This document shows, piece by piece, positions 37,678 to 38,152 of a stretch of DNA of 38,152 nucleotides. The notes below the pieces were generated by a model. The model saw only the letters and a list, made by a program, of their open reading frames with translations. It was not told the origin of the DNA and ran no database searches. The translations under genes and the position numbers were made by a program. How positions within the stretch are numbered: the stretch's first letter is position 1; every line of letters begins with the position of its first letter. Source of the stretch: a virus; the UHGV virus genome UHGV-1370838; one strand, written 5' to 3'.

Positions 37678-37689
37678 GTGACATGTCAC
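37678..37689. repeat. perfect 12-bp palindrome GTGACATGTCAC (copy 3 of 3)
   Basis: 25 bp after stop of 37381-37653; preceded by hairpin GGCCGC-AAGA-GCGGCC. Confidence 0.8.
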
Positions 37690-37982
37690 GCTCTTTTTCT
37701 GAATGATAGCCATTCGAAAAATGATGACATTCCACCGCAGACAATAGCAAAGATGATCCCACCAAAGAAGAGAAGGCCAGCCTGCCACCACTCCCACCGC
37801 CATACATCCACAGCGCCAACCATACCAACAATCGCTCCAACAAATGGAATATAGCTCACGATGAAAGCAATGGGGGCTGCAATTATCCAGTGCAATCCCC
37901 ACCATGATTCAAGCCCAGCCATAATTGCTGCCAACTGAAAAAGACCAACGACGATATAAACAATGAATCCTATAGCTTGCAT
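37686..37982 (-). CDS. small Trp-rich integral membrane protein
   Basis: 98 aa; about 3 TM segments; AGGTGA SD. Confidence 0.55.
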   Translation of the reverse strand: MQAIGFIVYIVVGLFQLAAIMAGLESWWGLHWIIAAPIAFIVSYIPFVGAIVGMVGAVDVWRWEWWQAGLLFFGGIIFAIVCGGMSSFFEWLSFRKRA

Positions 37983-37993
37983 GTAGTCACCTA

Positions 37994-38152
37994 TTTACCC
38001 AGTAAAAATCAGAGGCCTCCCCTCAATAAGGCTTGCAACAAGAACTATTCCCTGCACAACAAAGATGAACCAGCAAATAGCTTGAGTCTGAGGGTTAAGA
38101 AAATATTTGTAGCGGTCAATAAATAACAACCCACCAGAAATTATCACACTCA
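37994..38152 (-). CDS. partial hydrophobic ORF running off the right edge
   Basis: Open minus-strand frame ending ...LIEGRPLIFTG; start lies outside the window. Confidence 0.3.

Overview
The window reads as a near-complete genome of a temperate enterobacterial phage with no recognisable host flanks: phage genes run to both edges. A minus-strand morphogenesis operon (small and large terminase, podovirus-type portal, scaffold, major capsid, tail tube A/B-like proteins, large internal virion proteins) fills 26-19303. A lambda-like early region follows: Cro-like and CI-like divergent pair, O-like initiator with internal iterons, P-like helicase loader, nin-like genes, and a plus-strand early-left operon (RecE/RecT-type recombination pair, AlpA/Xis-like, MT-A70 methyltransferase, Ser/Thr phosphatase). 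The rest is a P4-family integrase, a lysis cassette (two holin-like proteins, GH19 endolysin, nested spanins), an AT-rich O-antigen acetyltransferase moron convergent with a tailspike, and a LexA-box-controlled small gene. A phage tRNA-Arg(UCU) sits in a plus-strand moron between terminase and portal. The overall layout resembles epsilon15/phiV10-type temperate podophages, but that is inference from gene order and protein motifs only. The most striking signal is a 15-bp palindrome (TTACCT-N3-AGGTAA) present 12 times, at essentially every promoter region, suggesting one repressor wired directly to all operons; combined with an apparently non-cleavable dual-HTH repressor and a LexA-controlled small gene this looks like antirepressor-type SOS induction. 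A second exact 12-bp palindrome (GTGACATGTCAC) occurs three times at gene 3' ends. All coordinates I derived by hand may be off by 1-2 bp; all homology statements are from recalled motifs, not searches.
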